A DNA stretch of 64,000 bases from Raja brachyura (lineage: Eukaryota). How positions within the stretch are numbered: position 1 is the stretch's first letter; every line of letters starts with the position of its first letter. Below are positions 37,820 through 50,515 of the stretch, piece after piece. A model generated the notes under the pieces. It saw nothing but the letters and a program-made list of their open reading frames with translations. It was not told where the DNA came from and ran no database searches. The DNA is taken from contig OY740787.1 of NCBI GenBank assembly GCA_963514005.1, positions 30,814,001-30,878,000 of the forward strand, given 5' to 3'. Made by a program: the position numbers and the translations under genes.

Positions 37820-38656
37820 CCGTATTTCCCGGCAATGAAGACGCTATTTTTTACTCTAAAATAAGGCCCGAAAATTTACCTGCGTCTTGGAGGCCGAAGG
37901 TTAGACTGTTAACCAAGAAAGATAGACTTGGGCCAAATTGCTTTTAAAACATGGGGGGCACAATGAGGCCTAACACAGGGTCGGCAACCAAATCCGGCCC
38001 GTAACCCGAACTCATCTGGCCCGCAGGCGTATTTTTTCTCAATGTGTTTTCACGTCCCGGGGCTCGCAGGCAACCTGGGAACTGCGGCCAGACCTAGGGC
38101 AAGCGAGCCGACCTGTGAACTGCAGCCATTCGCGGGGCACGCATTCGACCTGGGCGCAACAGCCAGACCTGGGGCAAGCGAGCCGACCTGGGCGCAACAG
38201 CCAGACCTGGGGCAAGTGAGCCGACCTCGGGGACCATGATTGGGGATCATGCCAGCAACTGACTCAGTAGGCCGGGTGGCTGTGAGCAGCTGCCAGGACC
38301 GGACAGAGGAACCGGCCGCCACCTCAGCGCCTTCTGCCTGCCCGCCCGCCAGCCAAGGTGTCCTTCGGCACAGGCTGGTGGTGGTTGGTGGGTAGCTGCT
38401 GGGCGGAAGGCTAGCTGCTCCATCCCGGGCATTCCCGAGCATGCCCGCTCTGTCTCTCTCTCTCTCTTTCCATCTCTTTTTCTCTCTCTTTTTCTCTCTC
38501 TCGCCTAAGCCAGGAAGTCCCCGTCTCTCAGACCTCCCCCTAAGGAGTTTCACATTTTCCTTTCTACTGACTAAACCAAACCCTTGATCCCGTCCCGCCA
38601 GTCTTTTTTTTCAATATTTAGCAACTCAGGTGCGTCTTCATTGCCGGGAAATACGG
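37820..38656. mobile_element. Tc1/mariner-superfamily (pogo/Tigger-like) MITE
   Basis: Perfect 25-bp TIR CCGTATTTCCCGGCAATGAAGACGC at 37820-37844 and 38632-38656. TA duplication at 37818-37819 and 38657-38658. No transposase. Confidence 0.93.
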
Positions 38657-38859
38657 TACTTTTTTTTACTGCTGCAAAGTCACAGCGGATAGATTTTTTT
38701 ATTTGTTGATTTCTGTATTTAGCAAGCTTTCCATGGGTCTTTCATTTTAGGTAATTATTGGATTGTCTCTACTGCTCTGCTGTTGTCTGAAAGATGCCAT
38801 GACTTTTAGTACATTGGTTAACTTCATTTACAAATGAAGATCATGCCTGATAATAGTTT

Positions 38860-38997
38860 AGGCAGAAACAAAGAACTGCCGAAGCTGGTTTACAAAAAAA
38901 AAGACACAAAGTGCTGAAGTAACTCAGCAACATCCACATGCAACACCCCTGGAGAACATGGATGGGTGACATTTTGGGTTGGGACCTTTCTTTGAAC
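38860..38997 (-). mobile_element. Penelope-tail/hammerhead-like repeat
   Basis: caaagaactgccgaagctgg...gtgctgaagtaactcagc...gggtgacattttgggttgggaccttt. Confidence 0.55.
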
Positions 38998-41704
38998 TTT
39001 TATTTCATCTTACAGCAGATTAACTAAAAATAATACAAAACAAATGGTAAAAGGTGAATAATTTTGATATTTGTAGTTTTTGTGAGAAACACCTCTTCAT
39101 CAGATTGTGGTATAAATTACTGACCTTCAGCCGGTTGCACACGAAGGAGCAAGGGATTAAACAATGAGTAAAAAACAAATTGCTGGCAAAAACAGAAACT
39201 GAACAGCATTAGCAATTTTTTTGCCCATTCAAATATCCAATAAATGGCAGCATACTGAGAAATGTAGACGGACAGAGGATCTAAAACTGCACGCCCACAT
39301 ACTTGAACAAGGAACTGAGGTGTTTATGAATTTTCCATGAATGTTTGAACTTCAATCCTACATTTAACCTTTGGCCGATTAAATGTTCAGTTAGCTAAAG
39401 CCTTTTTCAAGTTTCACCTATTCCATCATCTGAAGTCTATTATTGCAAGGTTCAAACAAAAATTTCCTGATGGCTTTATTCTAAATAGAATGGTTAAGGC
39501 TGACAGTCCCTTGAATACTGACCTCCCTCTCTTGATTCAATAAATGTTGATGATAATTAGAAAGGTGTATTTGTTTGCTTTTTTGACCTTTTTGAGTACT
39601 TAGTTTCTGCAGAGCTAGAAAAGGAGTAAAGCTCCAGTGGAATACATCTTAACAAAATGTTTTAATGGACACAATGATTCAAGTGGTCTCAAATTAAATG
39701 AAAACTATAACTGAAGTTAGTAACATTAAAACTTGCTGGCAGCAAAGCTATAATTTCTGCTAAAATGGTTGTTCAACAGAAACATATGAAAATGACACTG
39801 CAGGATGTGGCTTGTAGACTGATTGCATCGCAAGACAGTACAGTATTTACTTTCTTTCATCTATTATTTAGACTGTATAATTTCTATCTTATGACTGTTA
39901 ATGCTTTGAATTTTTTCCTGTGGAAATGATGCACGTAGTCCCCATTTCCAGGGTTAACCATTGGCATTCTGATCTTAATAACAAAGTAAACCTATTTTTT
40001 TACTCATTTGTTTCTGATTTAGGTAATTGTGATCTTTGATTCGGTGAATTATTGTACTCTTCTGTTATTGGGACTTCTTTTATGCCCATTCAAGCTATCT
40101 ATATATGGAATGTGAATGGTTTTGATATTTGTGCTCATGTATATTATTTCTTCAGTCAACATCCTCACATCAGCAATTGATCTTAGATTCATTTTTCCAC
40201 TTTCCATCAGTATACCAGCACCTGAACTGGTTTCTTGCCATTTGATATTAAATAGAAATCATAGGCAGTTTGGGTATTTAGCATTCTCCAATATGCCATT
40301 CACGAGGCAGACTGAAGTATAGCACCTGTAAAACTCTAATCCTGATTTCAAAACATTGGAGGGGCCACTTATAGTTGTTTCACCGGATAGCTTCTAGCTT
40401 CAATCTTGGTTTAGTTGTATAACCTTGATGGAAGATTTAGTTAAGGGTGCTGTGGTGGTAGAGATTTAGAGTCAATAAATATCTGAACCTGAACCTTCCA
40501 TTTATCATCAGTTTGCTAAAGACACATTCAAATAGCAACTATTTCACCCTCCAAAGTTTATAGTTTTGAAACTCAATAAGTAGTTGCTGACTAATTCCAT
40601 TCAAGATACAGGAGTTTAGGCAGTGGCTCATCAAATTTGATTCATCCATACCCCTTCTAATAAATACTGATGAATTATAGCTTTTTTAAAGTTAAAGTTT
40701 GATTTTTTTTTAAATCACTTTGGCAGCTTAATTTTTCAGTTTTTAATAAAACTAGGGAATTTCTTAAAAGGGGAAAACTTGCTTATTTTGATGATTGTGT
40801 TCATCCAATTTTATTCTGATGATTCCATCTTCTGCACAGTTTTGGAAGTAGACTCCTCTTTGGTTTGAAGTTATTTTGTTACTCTCTAAGTAAGAAGCAT
40901 CTTCATTTTGCAGTGGTTTAATTATCAGTGCTTTTGTTGTTACCTTTACAAATTTTGCTCACATGCTTTTCCCTTTTCTCCATCATATTATCCCCCATAT
41001 TTGGATGATCACCTGCAATTTTATGAAAACCTGTACCCAAAATGTTGATGTGGTTTTTATTTCAGTTGCTGAATATTGCAGTTTGCAATATTCTTGTTTC
41101 TAAATAAGCTAAAATCAGCAACTGAACTAACTTCTGGTTCAGCTTTTAAAAGAGATCACAGTTCAAATTTGTGATATGATCTGTTTATGCTGGATATCTG
41201 TTTCGTCGAGAAATGTGTTGGTGTACTTGTCAATAATGATTCCAGTTGAGTAATATGCAGCTATTTGATGGAATTCAATTCTGCACTGACAACTCACAAC
41301 GTGAATCTATCTTTGTAATAAGATGATTTTTTATTATGCCATATCGGGTAATTTCCACTTGACAACCTGCCTATCAAATTGACAATTTCATACTTTCAGC
41401 TCTGATATTAAGTGCAATTTAGACATTAATGGCTGTGTGGAAAATTTCTGCTGACAACATATAATAAGATCACATGGGAAAAATTATGACTTAGAAATCA
41501 GGCACGTAGCACTGTTTTCTCAGCATCACACTAGTGAAAATCGATATTTCTTAAATGAAACATGATTTGAACCCTTTCTGTGTTGAAATCATACAACTCC
41601 AGAAATGTGTACAGGCACCTTTTGTCATGGCCTCCAATGCACTATTTATTACATCAATAATAGATTCCTATGCTACATTATTTAATAATGTTGTCCAAAA
41701 TAAT

Positions 41705-42402
41705 GTTGTCTGTCACATAGGAGATTAGGGGCAAAATTAGTGCACATGGTATTAGGAGTAGAGTGCTGACACGGATAGAAAATTGGTTGGCGTTGTACAG
41801 GGTCCTAATGAGACCACACTTGGAATATTGTGTGCAGTTTTGGTCCTCTAATTTGAGGAAGGAAATTCTTGCTATTGAGGAAGTGCAGCGTAGGTTTACA
41901 AGGTTATTCCCAGGATGGCGGGACTGTCATATTCTGAGAGAATGAAGTGGCTGGGCTTGTAAAGTCTGAAGTTTAGAAGAATGAGAGGGGATCTTATTGA
42001 AACATATAAGATTGGTAAGGGTTTGAACACACTAGAGGCAGGAAACATGTTCCCGATGTTGGGGGAGTCCAGAATGTGGCCCCCCGATGTTGGGGGGAGC
42101 ACAGTTTAAGAATAAGAGGTAAGCCACTTAAAACAGAGACGAGGAAACACTTTTTCTCACAGAGAGTTGTGAGTCTGTGGATTTCTCTGCCTCGGAGAGC
42201 GGTGGAGGCCAGTTCTCTGGACACTTTCGAGATAGAGCTAGATAGGACTCTTAAAGATAGCAGAGTCAGGGGATATGGGGAGAAAGCAGGAACGGGGTAC
42301 TGATTGGGTATGATCAGCCATGATCACATTGAATGACGCTGCTGGCTCGAAGGGCCGAATGGCCTACTCCTGCACCTATTGTCTATTGTCTATTATCTAT
42401 TG
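41705..42402 (+). mobile_element. CR1 3' fragment with internal deletion near 41790
   Basis: RIENWL joined directly to LYRVLMRPHLEYC. (TCTATTG)n tail. Confidence 0.9.
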
Positions 42403-42644
42403 AAATATTAGATCACCTTAATCCAAGGGGTGACCGTCATAAGTCACTCCCAGAGCAAGCCTACTCTAACAACCTCTCCATTTCTTACCCTTTACTGTGA
42501 TGGCCTTCTTCCCACTTATCTTGGTGGCACTCCATGTACTACCTTGATTTCAACTAATTGTTTACATCTATAAAAAGCAAGGCAGAACAATTTTTGGAAG
42601 GAATACCATGTATCCCAGAATTTAGAGGAATTTTGAATGTTGGC

Positions 42645-45600
42645 TGTAGATGGTTTATGCATACAACCGATAATATAGCTACCTCAGTTCCATTAACCCC
42701 GCCTTAGTTAACATCAATCATAACGCTTTCCCCTCCCTGGGTATAGTTCAGTAGAAGAATGTAACCAGTGCTTGCTGATGTGTGTTACACCGTATGCTAT
42801 CATTAAAGGATGTTATACACTTCAAGAGTATGTGATTTGCTTATTTACATGGTGTCGAAGTTAGATGGTACCTGCATCTCCTGTCTATCGGTTTTATTTA
42901 TTTATTTTGAATTTGTGCTCAATCTCTCTGGCCATGGTGTCTTCTTGCAGAAAGCCCGCGCAGCTTGTCTTTGATGCTGACATATCTGAGCGCTGGGCCA
43001 CGTTTGAATTTGATTTCACCCACTTTGTCAACGTCGTGCACCGCGCGGAACCTGACTCTGTTAAAGCCTCCCTCCTCCTCAACCTTGTTGGACCTGATGC
43101 CATGAGGAGAGCCAGAACTTTCACCTACGCTCCAGCGGTCCTGGACGCGAATAACGTGCTGATTACTCCTGCAGAATCAGACAGTGACCCCACTTGCCTG
43201 CTACGTAAGTTCAGGGAGATTTGTGACCTGCCCTCAAACCACATTCTAGAGAGGGCACGGTTTTTTACAAGGAAACAGTTGCCGGATGAACCTATCGAAC
43301 ATTTTACTGCTGATTTGAGTTATCTTGCCCAGCGGTGCCGTTTCGGTGACATGACAGACCAGCTCACTAGGGACATTTTAGTAACTGGCATGCATGACCA
43401 GAAGTTGCATTGTGAGCTACTAAGGGATTTGGATCTAATGTTAGTCAAAGCTATGCATGCGTGCAGAATGTCTGAGGTCGTTGAACTGCCAGATGACCAC
43501 CGTGATTCGGGCACGAAATCTATCAACCTGGCTGGCTTTAAGAGGCCACAGCTTCGGATGGGAAACACTGCTTTCCTGCCGTGTGCCAACCCAGGTCCTG
43601 GCGAAATGCCCCCCAAGAGGTGCCCAAACTGTAACTACATGCACCACAGACTGTCGACGTGCCCTGCCTATGGTAAGGCCTTCAATTTTTGTAAAAAAGT
43701 GAATAATTTCTCTGCAGCCTGTCAGGCCTGTGGGAAACCTGTACAGACTTCCAGACCAAATCAAAACAGGCTGACACAATCTGATAACTGTCACGGCTCA
43801 CAGTCTGCCATAGCAGAATCCTACGACGAGGAACCCACTAGTTCTCCAGAGGAGTTGAGCGTGTTTACCCTCCTCCACGCACCCGGCCAGCATAACAATC
43901 CTACCGTATCAATAACTGTCAATGGTTTGACCTTCCTCGCTATGTTAGACTAGGTGAGAGTGAATGTTTTGTCAATAAACCTTTTCAACATGATAACGAA
44001 TAATGAGGCCTTGATTGCTGACCGTTCAACTCTGCATGCCTATGGAGGAGAGATTCTAAGGCCAGTGGGGAGGGCCACTTTAACTTGTGTGCTGCAAAAG
44101 GCCACGCAAAACCTGTTTTTTTACATTTTGATTTCTGACTGTGTGACTCTGCTGGGCAACCGTGCGTGCCAGGATCTTGGCCTGGTGTCCTTCGACGGCA
44201 CGGTCCACAAAGTGCAACTGTCATTTGACCCAGTAGCAGAATACCAAGACCTGTTCAACGACGACCTGGGAAAGTTACCACTGACTGACCGTATTTCTAT
44301 TGACCTAAATGTGATGCCGTGGTCCACGCACCGCACAGGGTGTCTCACGCCATGAAAGACAAGGTCGAGGCGATGCTCAACAACATGGTCGAAATGGGGG
44401 TGCTAGAAGCGGTTAGCAAGCCCACCGATTGGGTATCCACCATGGTTGCCAAGCTAAAGAAAGACAAGAATGAAATACGCGTGTACATCAACCCGAAGGA
44501 CATAAACCTTGCCATCAGTAGACCCCACTACCCCATGCGGTCTGTTGAGGACGTTGTGGCCCAGGTCAGAGAGGCCACCGTCATTTCGGTCCTAGATGCT
44601 AAGAACTCGTTTTGGCAGATTCCATTGGACAAAGGGTCTTCTGACCTGACAACCTTCTCCACACTGTTTGACAGATTCAAGTTTCTGCGAATGCCATTCG
44701 GCATCAATTCCGCTAGTGAGGTGTTCCAGTGAACGATGGAGCAGATATTCTCGGACCTGCCATGTGCCATCATCGTGGATGATATCCTGGTCAATGGGAA
44801 GGACATTGCTGAGCACGACCTGAACCTTCGCTGCGTCCTGGATCGGGCGCAACTGGCCAACCTGAAACTGAATCCCAAGAAATGCCGGCTTCGTGTCTCA
44901 GAAGTCACGTATGTTGGACATGTCTTCACCTCTACCGGACTAAAACCCGACCCTTATGAAGGCCACTGCCATCTCCGAGATGGTAGCCCCCACCGACGTG
45001 CCAGGTCTGCAACAATTCCTGGGCATGGTGAATTACCTTGGGAAGTTTATACCAAATCTTTGTGAGCTGAGTGCACCCCTGCAGCAGCTGACAAAAAAGG
45101 ATATCGCCTGGGCCTGGCTCCCACAGCACCAGCAGGCTTTCAACTGTCTCAAGTCCAGACTGATTAACACACCGACATTGAGGTTCTTCGACGTGAGCCG
45201 CCCCACCACCGTCACCTGTGACGCTTCCAAGTTTGGTCTGGGCGTGGCCTGCCTTCAGTCTGTCGATGGATCGTTACATCCTGTCTCCTATGCCTCCCGC
45301 ACCATGACGAACACCGAGCAGAGGTACGCTCAGATCGAGAAGGAGCTGCTTGCGGTAGTTCACAGACTTCCTGTTTGGCAGCAAATTCACGGTCGAAACC
45401 GACCACCAGCCACTGGTGACAATTCTGAACAAACCGATTCATGCTGCCCCTGCCAGGCTGCAGCGTATGATGCTGCAGCCCCAGCGTTTCAACTTCAATA
45501 TCGTCTATAAGAAGGGCACCGAGATGCACATTGCGGACACCCTGTCCCCCGCCCCGCGGACCTCCTGTGCCCGCCACCCTTACGAAGCAGAAGACTTGCC

Positions 45601-45980
45601 AGTACTGGGTGATGACTTTATTCCCACCAGTCAGTTACAGCTTTTGGCCGAGCACACCGCTACCGATGCAGTTTTGCAGTGGCTTGCCTTGGTGATTAAA
45701 TCGGGGTGGCCAATGAAGCGCTCCAGCGCGCCGACTGAAACACAGCCTTTTTCCTGGTCCGCGACGAACTGGTGCTACAGAATGACGTTATCGTTAAGGG
45801 ACATAAAGTTGTAGTTCCGTCCTCCCTGTTTGATTTCTACTATCGCACAGCCCATAGCGGACACCCCGGGGTCGATGCAACACTCGCCCACGCTCAGTAC
45901 CAGTTCTACTGGCCTGGAATGGCCAAGTATATCCAGTACCGCGTTACTGCTGCTCCACGTGCAATAGTCCTATCCCCATT
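42645..45980 (+). mobile_element. Ty3/Gypsy LTR retrotransposon, 3'-truncated in integrase
   Basis: Candidate 5' LTR TGTA...TACA at 42645-42849 and PBS tggtgtcgaagt at 42850. Order is gag, protease, RT, RNase H, integrase Zn-finger. No second LTR found. Confidence 0.92.
42865..45980 (+). pseudogene. Gypsy gag-pol polyprotein (multiple stops and frameshifts)
   Basis: Gag with Cys/His knuckles (CPNCNYMH..CPAYGK), broken protease LD*G, LDAKNSFWQ, MPFGI, IVDDIL, CDASK, YAQIEKELLA, HSGHPG. Confidence 0.92.
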
Positions 45981-46971
45981 GTCCTGCCTTCCTCCCATAA
46001 GCCCTGACACTCGTACTAATCTTTAATACTAGTGTAGAAGTTACCTCCAATTAAGTACTGGAAAATAACAAATCTTGCGTCTTCTTCACCAATTCCAAAT
46101 TTTGAGCCAGTGGCTCGATTCCACTCCTTGGCGATTGAGTGAAAGTGAACTTGGCCTTGCCTGGAGGCCTTGTCGATGACTGCAGAAAGTTTGATCCTCC
46201 AAATCTTGGCTTGGTGACTGTGGCCAGTGATTGTTGGCTGTGAGCCAAACCAACATGATAGACTCATCTAAATAAATTATCATATTTCATGGATTAGATT
46301 GTCTCTATTATTGTATACCTATAAAAAACGTGCCCAAATCTAATGGTTTATAAATCACTAAACAGTAGCTTATCTATGCTCTCCTCAATTGCATGGGGAC
46401 AGCATTTTTTCTGTTAAATATGCGATGCATAGTTGCTATGTTATAACAAGGGGATAGCAATGTATAATCTGATCATCGAATATCTCAGGCTTTATTTTCT
46501 TTGTCTTTCTTTTCCATTTAACTGAAATTACATATCTGCTGATTTAGAGTTTTAAAACTATCAAAATTGCTTTTCTCAAAAGTAGTATTAATATTTTAAT
46601 TTGAACTAGCATTTATTTATTTAACTGCTTTCACTGAAGTTTTTACTTCGAGTTTTTAAAAAGGTAGGGTCATCCTTTCCCAGTTCCTGGCATTTAATGA
46701 TTGTCTGAAAACTGTTCTGGGTTCTAAATCCCTATATTGGCACTGGTAGATGTCGCGACTCATTCCAATAGAGTATATGAGTGCTAACTTTGCAAAGCAC
46801 CCTTGTTTATATACAACCTTTGAATCATTGTAGGCAACACTGCAGGAGATCGGTGGTTTATTGGAATTATGGTTTTGGCAACTGCTATATGTCACACCTA
46901 TGCTCTTTGTCAACATTTTATCATCACATATATTTATTAGACATTACGCTGTGCGTCTAGAATACTGTTTA

Positions 46972-47810
46972 GGTCAGCACAGTGGCACAGCTAGAGGAAC
47001 TACTGCCCTATAGTTTAGTTTCCAGCAGAAGGACAAAACATGATAACTATCGAGCCATTTACAGTGTATAGAGACATGGTAATGGAATAACGTTTAGTGC
47101 AAGGTAAAGCCAGCAAAGTCTGATCGAAGATAGTCTGAGGGTCACCAATGAGGTAGATGGTAGTTGAGCACTGCTCTCTGGTTGTGGTAGGATGATTCAG
47201 TTGCCTATTGACAGCTGGGATGAAACTGTCACTGAATCTGCATGTATGTTTTCACACTTCTATACCTTTAACCTGATGGGAGAGGGGAGAAGAGGGAGTG
47301 GCCAGGGTGCAACACATCCTTGATTATGCTCCTCATCTTGCTGAGGCAGAATGAGGTATAAATTGAATAAATACAAGGGAGGTTGGTTTGTTTGATGTTC
47401 TTGCCTGTGTCTACAATTTGTTGCAATTTCTTGCGGTCTTGGATGGAGCTATTGACAAACCAAGCTGTGATACATCTTGATAAAATACTTTCTATGGTGC
47501 ATCTGTAGAAGGTAAGTAGTGCCAAAGTCTTGAATTTGAGCCTGACCACAGGTGCTGTCTGTGTGGAGTTTGCATGTTCTCCCTTGACTGCGTAGGATTC
47601 CTCCGGGTGCTCTGGTTTCCTCACACACCCCAGAGACATTCAGGTTTGTAGGTTAATTGGCCTCTCTAAATTGCCCATCATGTGTAGGGAGTGGAGGTGA
47701 AACTGTGATAACATAAAATTAGTGTGAATTAGTAAACTAGTGTGAATAGGTCGGCATGGACGGTGGGCGTAGGACCTGTTTTTATGCTGTATCTCTAAGT
47801 TAAGTTCTAA
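46972..47810 (+). mobile_element. V-SINE split by a Rex1 fragment
   Basis: Head gcacagtggcacagc at about 46977. V-domain gctgtctgtgtggagtttgcatgttctccc at about 47554. Tail ctgtatctctaag. Confidence 0.8.
47012..47513 (-). mobile_element. Rex1/Babar LINE 3' fragment
   Basis: TFYRCTIESIL...HPGHSLFSPLPSG, homologous to the C-terminus of ORF 56256-57134. Confidence 0.85.
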
Positions 47811-48409
47811 TGCTGACAGGCATGCTGTTCGTGGATGTTTCAAATCCATTGTCCAATATTCTGCAAGGTGTTGCAAATGCAATAAGTTCCAGTTTTTTAA
47901 ATCCCTCTATTTCAATTTTAAACTATTTTCTTTACGTATGCTTAAGTCCTCACATCACCAATACGCATGTAAAATGATATTTTTGATGTCAATTTTTAAT
48001 TTGTATGAATTGAAGCCTCCAAAATCCAGACATCGCTTATGTAAAACTCCTTGTCAATTGTACTTCTAGGAACAATCACCCATTCATCTATCTGACACAT
48101 ATCCAGTCACAATGCTCAGCTTGCTACACACCTGTCAGCAATGCTGCACCTGGGTCTTGAAATATCAGCTGCTTAAAGTTATTCACCTTTTATGTTCTAA
48201 ACTGTGAGACTTTTGTATAGGTTTTAGAAAGCTTGAGATATTTATTTCCAGCCTAATACCTAAGGATTGGGGTTAGTATTAGTCTACTGGGATGATGTTA
48301 GGGTAACAATGTTGATGCCTGCAAATAATGGGCAACTGAGTACTCGCTGGAGCTGGTGCTGGATTCACTTGCTGTTAGTTATATCTTATTGAAATATACT
48401 TCTGGTGTT

Positions 48410-48732
48410 GGTGTTGGTTTGGTTTATTATTGTCATATGTGATAATTCAAGGAGAATAATATTAGAGTGCAGAATATAGTGCTACCGTGTTATAGTGATA
48501 CAATTACAGAAAAAGTGTACATTTTTAAAAAGTGCAAAATTGCCTTTGAGAGGTCCATTTAGTAGTCTAATATTATCGTGAAAATCTGTTCCTGAATCAA
48601 CAATGTGCTTTTGCACATACAACAATGTGTCTTCACGCTTTTCTATCATCTTCCCAACCGGAGAGGGCAGAAGATGGGATGACCAGGGTATAAGTGATCC
48701 TTGATTATGTTGGCTCCTTACCCGAGGCAGCA
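48410..48732 (-). mobile_element. Old Rex1-like 3' fragment
   Basis: Minus strand ctgcctcgggtaaggagccaacataatcaagga...ctctccggttgggaaga, then AATAAA and a short tandem tail. Confidence 0.65.
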
Positions 48733-49568
48733 AATTATTCGAGAAACAGAAGATAAATCACTTTTAAATATTCCTGCTGGTCCTAAATCTTGATTAAGAA
48801 AAATAGAAGCACAAGTGATGTTTGTTTTCTACCTACTTGCTGCTTGCAGGTGAGATAGTTCTTCGTGTTCATGTTAGAAAATGAAATTGCAGAAGAATTT
48901 ACAAAAGTACCTACAATCCTCATTTTGAAATTTTGATCTATATATAAACTGTTGCACGGGCATTTTTACTTTTTTAAACCCTTTGATTACTGCAATAAAT
49001 TAAAGCATTAAACAACTTATATACAACTTAAAAGAAAGATTGTTTTTGAAAGACATAATGTTTTATTTATGCAAATCATTTTCCTTATTAATAGAACTCT
49101 GCAATCATCAGCAAAACTTTGCTTGAATCATTTCATCAGCTGCTTAGCACAAACATGTCATTTCACTATCCTCTGGATATATGAGAAGTGAAGAGTGGAT
49201 TCTTTGTTATTCCTGTTAAATTATTGACACTATTTTGCAACTTCCATTTCATCATTTTCAATTAAATGCTGCAATAAAGAAACTACAATTTATGCCTAAT
49301 ATTTTGTGATATTTTAATTTGGAGAGGGTGCGGAAGAGGTTTGCCAGAATGCTAACTTGCATTAACTACAAAGAGAGGTTGCACAGACTGGGATTATTTT
49401 CTCTGGAACACCGGAGCGACATGGTGGCGCAGCGGTAGTATTGCTGCCTTACAGCGCTTGCGGCCCTCCGGGTTCAATCCTGACTCTGGGTGCTGTCTGT
49501 ACGGAGTTTGCACATTCTCCCCGTGAATGCATGGGTTTCCTCCAAGATCTTCAGTTTGCTCCAAAGAC

Positions 49569-50515
49569 AAAAGACAAAGGACAAAGGACATTTATTGATA
49601 TCCACAACCTCATCCACTTGTGCCTGGCTCTGCAGCAATTTCATGTTGCTGCCAAAGGCCCCTGGAGCAGTTGGCGGAGTGTCGGGGGGACATGGGGCAG
49701 ACATGTCCCCCCGAAATTTGATTTGCCATGCGGCACACAAATAAAGATAAGACACAACATCATAGGATTTAACAGTAGACATAAAAACATCCTCCCATAA
49801 TGGTTCCCACTGTGGGGGAAGGCAGCAAAGTCCAGTCCCATCCCCAGTTCACCCATAGTCGGGCCTATTGAGGCCTCCGCAGTCGCTGCTACGGGGCCCG
49901 ATGTTCCAGGCCATTCTCGCCAGATGATGATGCTCCGGAGTCGGGAGAACCCTCTCAGCGGCTTGGGACACCTGGAATGGCCGCCTCTTACTGGAGTCCG
50001 TGGCTTCCGAAGCCAACAAGGCCGCGCCGGATGGAGCTCCACCACTAGGATGGAAGCTCTTGATGTAAAGTTCAGCGCTGCCGTCCGCAGCTGGCCGCTC
50101 CACAGTCCTGCAGCTCCGCGATGTTTCTTGTCAGCGGTCTTCAGCTCACCGGATCTCCATCGCGGCGACCCAGGCAAGGCATCGCCTGCTCCTCTCTGCA
50201 ATGGCGCTCCAGCGGCCGTTCCAGGTGTCCCAAGCCGCCGCCAAAGCCGAGGTTCCGGCCGGTCCCATCAAGAAACGCCACTCCAGGCCCGCTGGTAGGC
50301 CGCGAGGACGGGTCGAAGATGCAGCCCGGAGAAAAGCTGCCTCTCCGACCAGGTGGGAACCAGGAAAAGCAGTTTCCCCCTCCCCCCCCCCCCCCCCCAC
50401 ATAAAAAGGAATAGACTCCAAACAAAACACTTTTTACACACTAAAAACTAAAAAAAGAAGTTAAAAGACAGACAGCTGCAGGCTGGGCAGCCATACCAGT
50501 TGGACAGCGCCCCCT
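49569..50515 (-). mobile_element. GC-rich non-coding retroposon (non-autonomous LINE derivative or SINE)
   Basis: Minus strand begins agggggcgctgtcc and ends with AATAAA plus a (tcctttg)n tail. Related 5'-truncated copy at 54889-55214. Confidence 0.65.

Noticed and set aside
49641-50430. Cluster of overlapping 84-186 aa ORFs
   Set aside because: GC-rich repeat with few stops in any frame and no domain motifs.
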